Below are positions 61,038 through 64,000 of a stretch of 64,000 bases of DNA, one piece after another (position 1 is the first letter of the stretch; every line of letters starts with the position of its first letter). Under the pieces are notes generated by a model. That model was not told the origin of the DNA and did not search any database. It worked only from the letters and a program-made list of their open reading frames with translations. Both the position numbers and the translations under genes were made by a program. This stretch comes from Tricharina praecox (taxonomy: Eukaryota), in assembly GCF_024521635.1 (NCBI RefSeq), contig NW_026250416.1, positions 1 through 64,000 on the forward strand, read 5' to 3'.

Positions 61038-64000
61038 GATTGTACGGGATCGGGGGGAGTGCTTGATGGAGCTTGTGTGTGAAGATAGAGTTGCAATATA
61101 ATAATTGAAGCTACGTAAGCGGAAAACACCCCAACTAAAGCCCTTTCGTTCTCTCGCATCGCGCAAGTAATTGACCAAACCCAGCAACCGGTCACGTATG
61201 ACGGCCTGGGAGCTTTATCGCAGTCTTTTCTTTCTCTTTCATTCGATTCAAAAAAGTGAATGCACAGCGACATGCATATCATAGTAGCTTGAACGTTCAT
61301 TCACGTGTCTACTACTCCGTGTATTGAATATCTCGTTAGGAAGCGGGGAGAAGCGAGCACTTTGTTACTCTAATTCTACCTTTATTCTTTGTGCCAAAAC
61401 CCACTTTTGTGCCTTTGATATAGTATCAAATAGAGTACCGGCCCTTTGTCCCATTTTCCACGTCTTTTTTGGACCGCCCTAGGTACGTAGATCATTATTT
61501 AGACCGGTTGCTCGGATGGCACTTTACAGACCGACCATCACACCTTTGTATCTACTGAAGAGATATTATCATATCCCGACTGTGCTTCACCCGATACCAC
61601 GGAACTGAAGTTACTCCTTGCAGATTCTACATACGGTTGCTAGATCTCGGTCTGACGTACCGTACTGTATTCGAAGCTGCTCGCCAGGCGCACAGCCGAT
61701 AGGCGTATCACATGGTGCTGAAGACAAAACCTTTGAAAACTATGGGCGAATTCTGCATTTACTACCGGTAGTTACCAGTTCACTTCTAATACTCTACAGC
61801 ATTACATCATGGCCAATCGTCCTCTTTACTGTAACATACTGGTAGTAGTGGCTCAGGGTACTGTACTCCTCCAACCTTCCGCCGGGCCCTCCTCCTCGGT
61901 GGGGAGGACCCCTTCATTCCACGATTATCGGGATCGACATCCCTCTCAGCGTTCGCTACCATATCCGCAACGCACAGGTCGGAACTCAGTATCCCATAGT
62001 GACGTGGGCTCGGCAGCGTCCGGAGCAAAAGTTGTCTGACACGGATTCGGCGGGACGTTTTATGGAGCTCTAGGTAGCTATGCCATGATGTTCACGGCGG
62101 CAACCAGCGGCAATCAACGACAGACGACGACTGCACAGCTAAACAAAGTCAGCTCACTTCGCCACCTCAGCCCTTGGTAACAACCTACAGGTATTTGAAC
62201 GCCTGCGCTTGCGGTGCCGACAACACCAGTGAGATATAGGTACCGGTGGGAGAAGGTCCGAAGGCGTGCTTTTGGAATTTCGGTATCGCGTGGTAAGTAC
62301 AGACATAGTTGAATCGAGTTTGAGCAGTCTGTATTGACGATGAAATGCACGACAGAATTCCACGCTAGATCCCATAGGTATTTCAGTATGTAGAACCACT
62401 GCTCTCAACGAACCAGTACCGTAACGTACAGTCGCACCGACGTGTCCCAGGTTAGATACTCGGAGATTTCTTTCCATTTCAAAGCCATCCAGAACGCCCG
62501 AGCTCCGATGACATATGTGTGTACAGCTTTCCGTGCGCAATTGGAACAAGATCAAGTCCAGCAGACGGACGTCGGGGCTTTTCCGCTACGGTTACCGGAG
62601 GGAGTGGGAAAGCTGTTCGATCGTGTGGGGGCGTGGGGGGCGTATGTAGAGGGCAACTAACCAACAGCGAGCGAGGAGCTGCACGCTTCAGGCTTACATA
62701 CGGTACATTTGTACATTTGCATATTGGAGTGTTGATTGCCCCCGGAGGCTCGGAAGGCAGTTAATCGATAGATACTAAATGCCTGCTTGAGTCATTGCCG
62801 CCGGTGAGGACGATCGCAAGAACAATCGCAATGAACGAGAGCAGACGAACCTGCCGCCATCAAAACTATCGAAACTATCGAAACTGGCTGCCGCGGGAGT
62901 GGTAGAGTAAACGCGGCACTTTTGGCTGGGTATACTTGGGATGTAGGTATAGGCAAGTAAACATGTATCGTACTATGTGACGCCCGCGCAGATATTAATT
63001 GCCCCCGGTTGTACCTTCCGCACGAAAGCCGCCACTTTCCCTACTTGAGTACCCACTCCATCAATTTACACGCACGTATGTGGATACGACAGGCGCTATG
63101 GGCAAGGATTGTGACAGACACATGGGATATCACTCGGTAACTACCGGCATTCACTATTGCGATTCTCGTTGAAAAGTCACCGTCGTCACTCGTCCAAGAT
63201 ATTGCACATTTGTCATATTGGTCATATGCGCCTCGAGAATCCTGTTTATTCTGCTTCTGTCTGGTATGTCTAGCTGGTCATGCGCTCTGTTTTGCAAATG
63301 AATCAAGCAACTGAATATTATCACACTCATATTTTCAACATTCACCTGTCGAGTTATTAGGTCTTAGGTCTTGCAGCCGCGAGCCCATGCGAATCAAGAC
63401 TAGTTTCAGCCAAACAAGTTGCAATCAGGAATTATAAACGCCCGGGTTTTCGGAGAAACTGTTCACTGTTCGCGAGCCCAAGCTTCGGTGGGACGGGCAG
63501 TTGCAGGGGTAGGTTCTCATGTGTATGTGCGGCGTCCACGTTTGCACCGAGTATGTACCTGCCGTAGCAGCGTTCACACCTGTCGAATTCAACTCATACC
63601 TATCCTCAGTAGAGTATCTACATCTATTTGCAGTGTTTTGCTCCCGCGATTTCGGCCACCGTCTCACCACCTCGCCGCCTCACCACCTGTTACATGCAAC
63701 CCTACTAGGTACATAGTATCCACAACATCCGTCCGCCGACGGGTTTCTCGGCACTACCCGCACCGACTACCTACAGCCCCCGCATTCTTTCTGCGGAAAA
63801 ACGTTCCCCGGTTTTCTCGGCAAACAAATCGCAACGGTTTGCGACATAGCGGACGTAGAAGAAGCTAGACCAAGCCGGATGCTCGAGAAGAGCTGCCGGG
63901 GCCCGGGTGAGTTCCGGTCGCAACTGCTACAGTGCACACTGTGATAGGAAAGTATGTAGATGTACATACCAAGTCCCAAGGTACTCTAGACTCGAGGTAT

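Noticed and set aside
61100..64000. Short ORFs at the window end
   Set aside because: No recognisable coding signal; may include the promoter or 5' UTR of a gene beyond the window.

Overview
Eukaryotic DNA from a filamentous ascomycete (Pezizomycotina; short GT-AG introns with CTAAC/CTGAC branch points; Pezizomycetes affinity is only a guess). The window is gene-sparse and microsatellite-rich. Twelve protein-coding genes could be reconstructed by hand: a Ser-rich hypothetical protein, three secreted/GPI-type cell-surface proteins (one Ccg6/Sed1-like), a UPF0303/YBR137W-like protein, a secreted BBE-like FAD oxidase, a PTH11-like membrane protein, an orphan protein, a small secreted protein with dibasic sites, a C2H2-like transcription factor, a GH17 Bgl2-like glucanase/transglucosylase and a PXA-PX-PXC sorting nexin. 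There is one intronless tRNA-Lys(CTT). Intergenic DNA holds several non-coding inverted-repeat elements: a GTCC/GGAC-rich hAT-like MITE group (one copy with a near-perfect 8-bp TSD), a 2.3-kb TIR-bounded element beside the tRNA, and a 2-kb element with a nested MITE. Probable decayed gene remnants lie at about 25-26 kb and 49.4-51.3 kb. Most ORFs in the six-frame track are antisense shadows or repeat artefacts. I found no unambiguous novel multi-gene system. The best leads are the putative Kex2-processed peptide precursor and the TIR element families.
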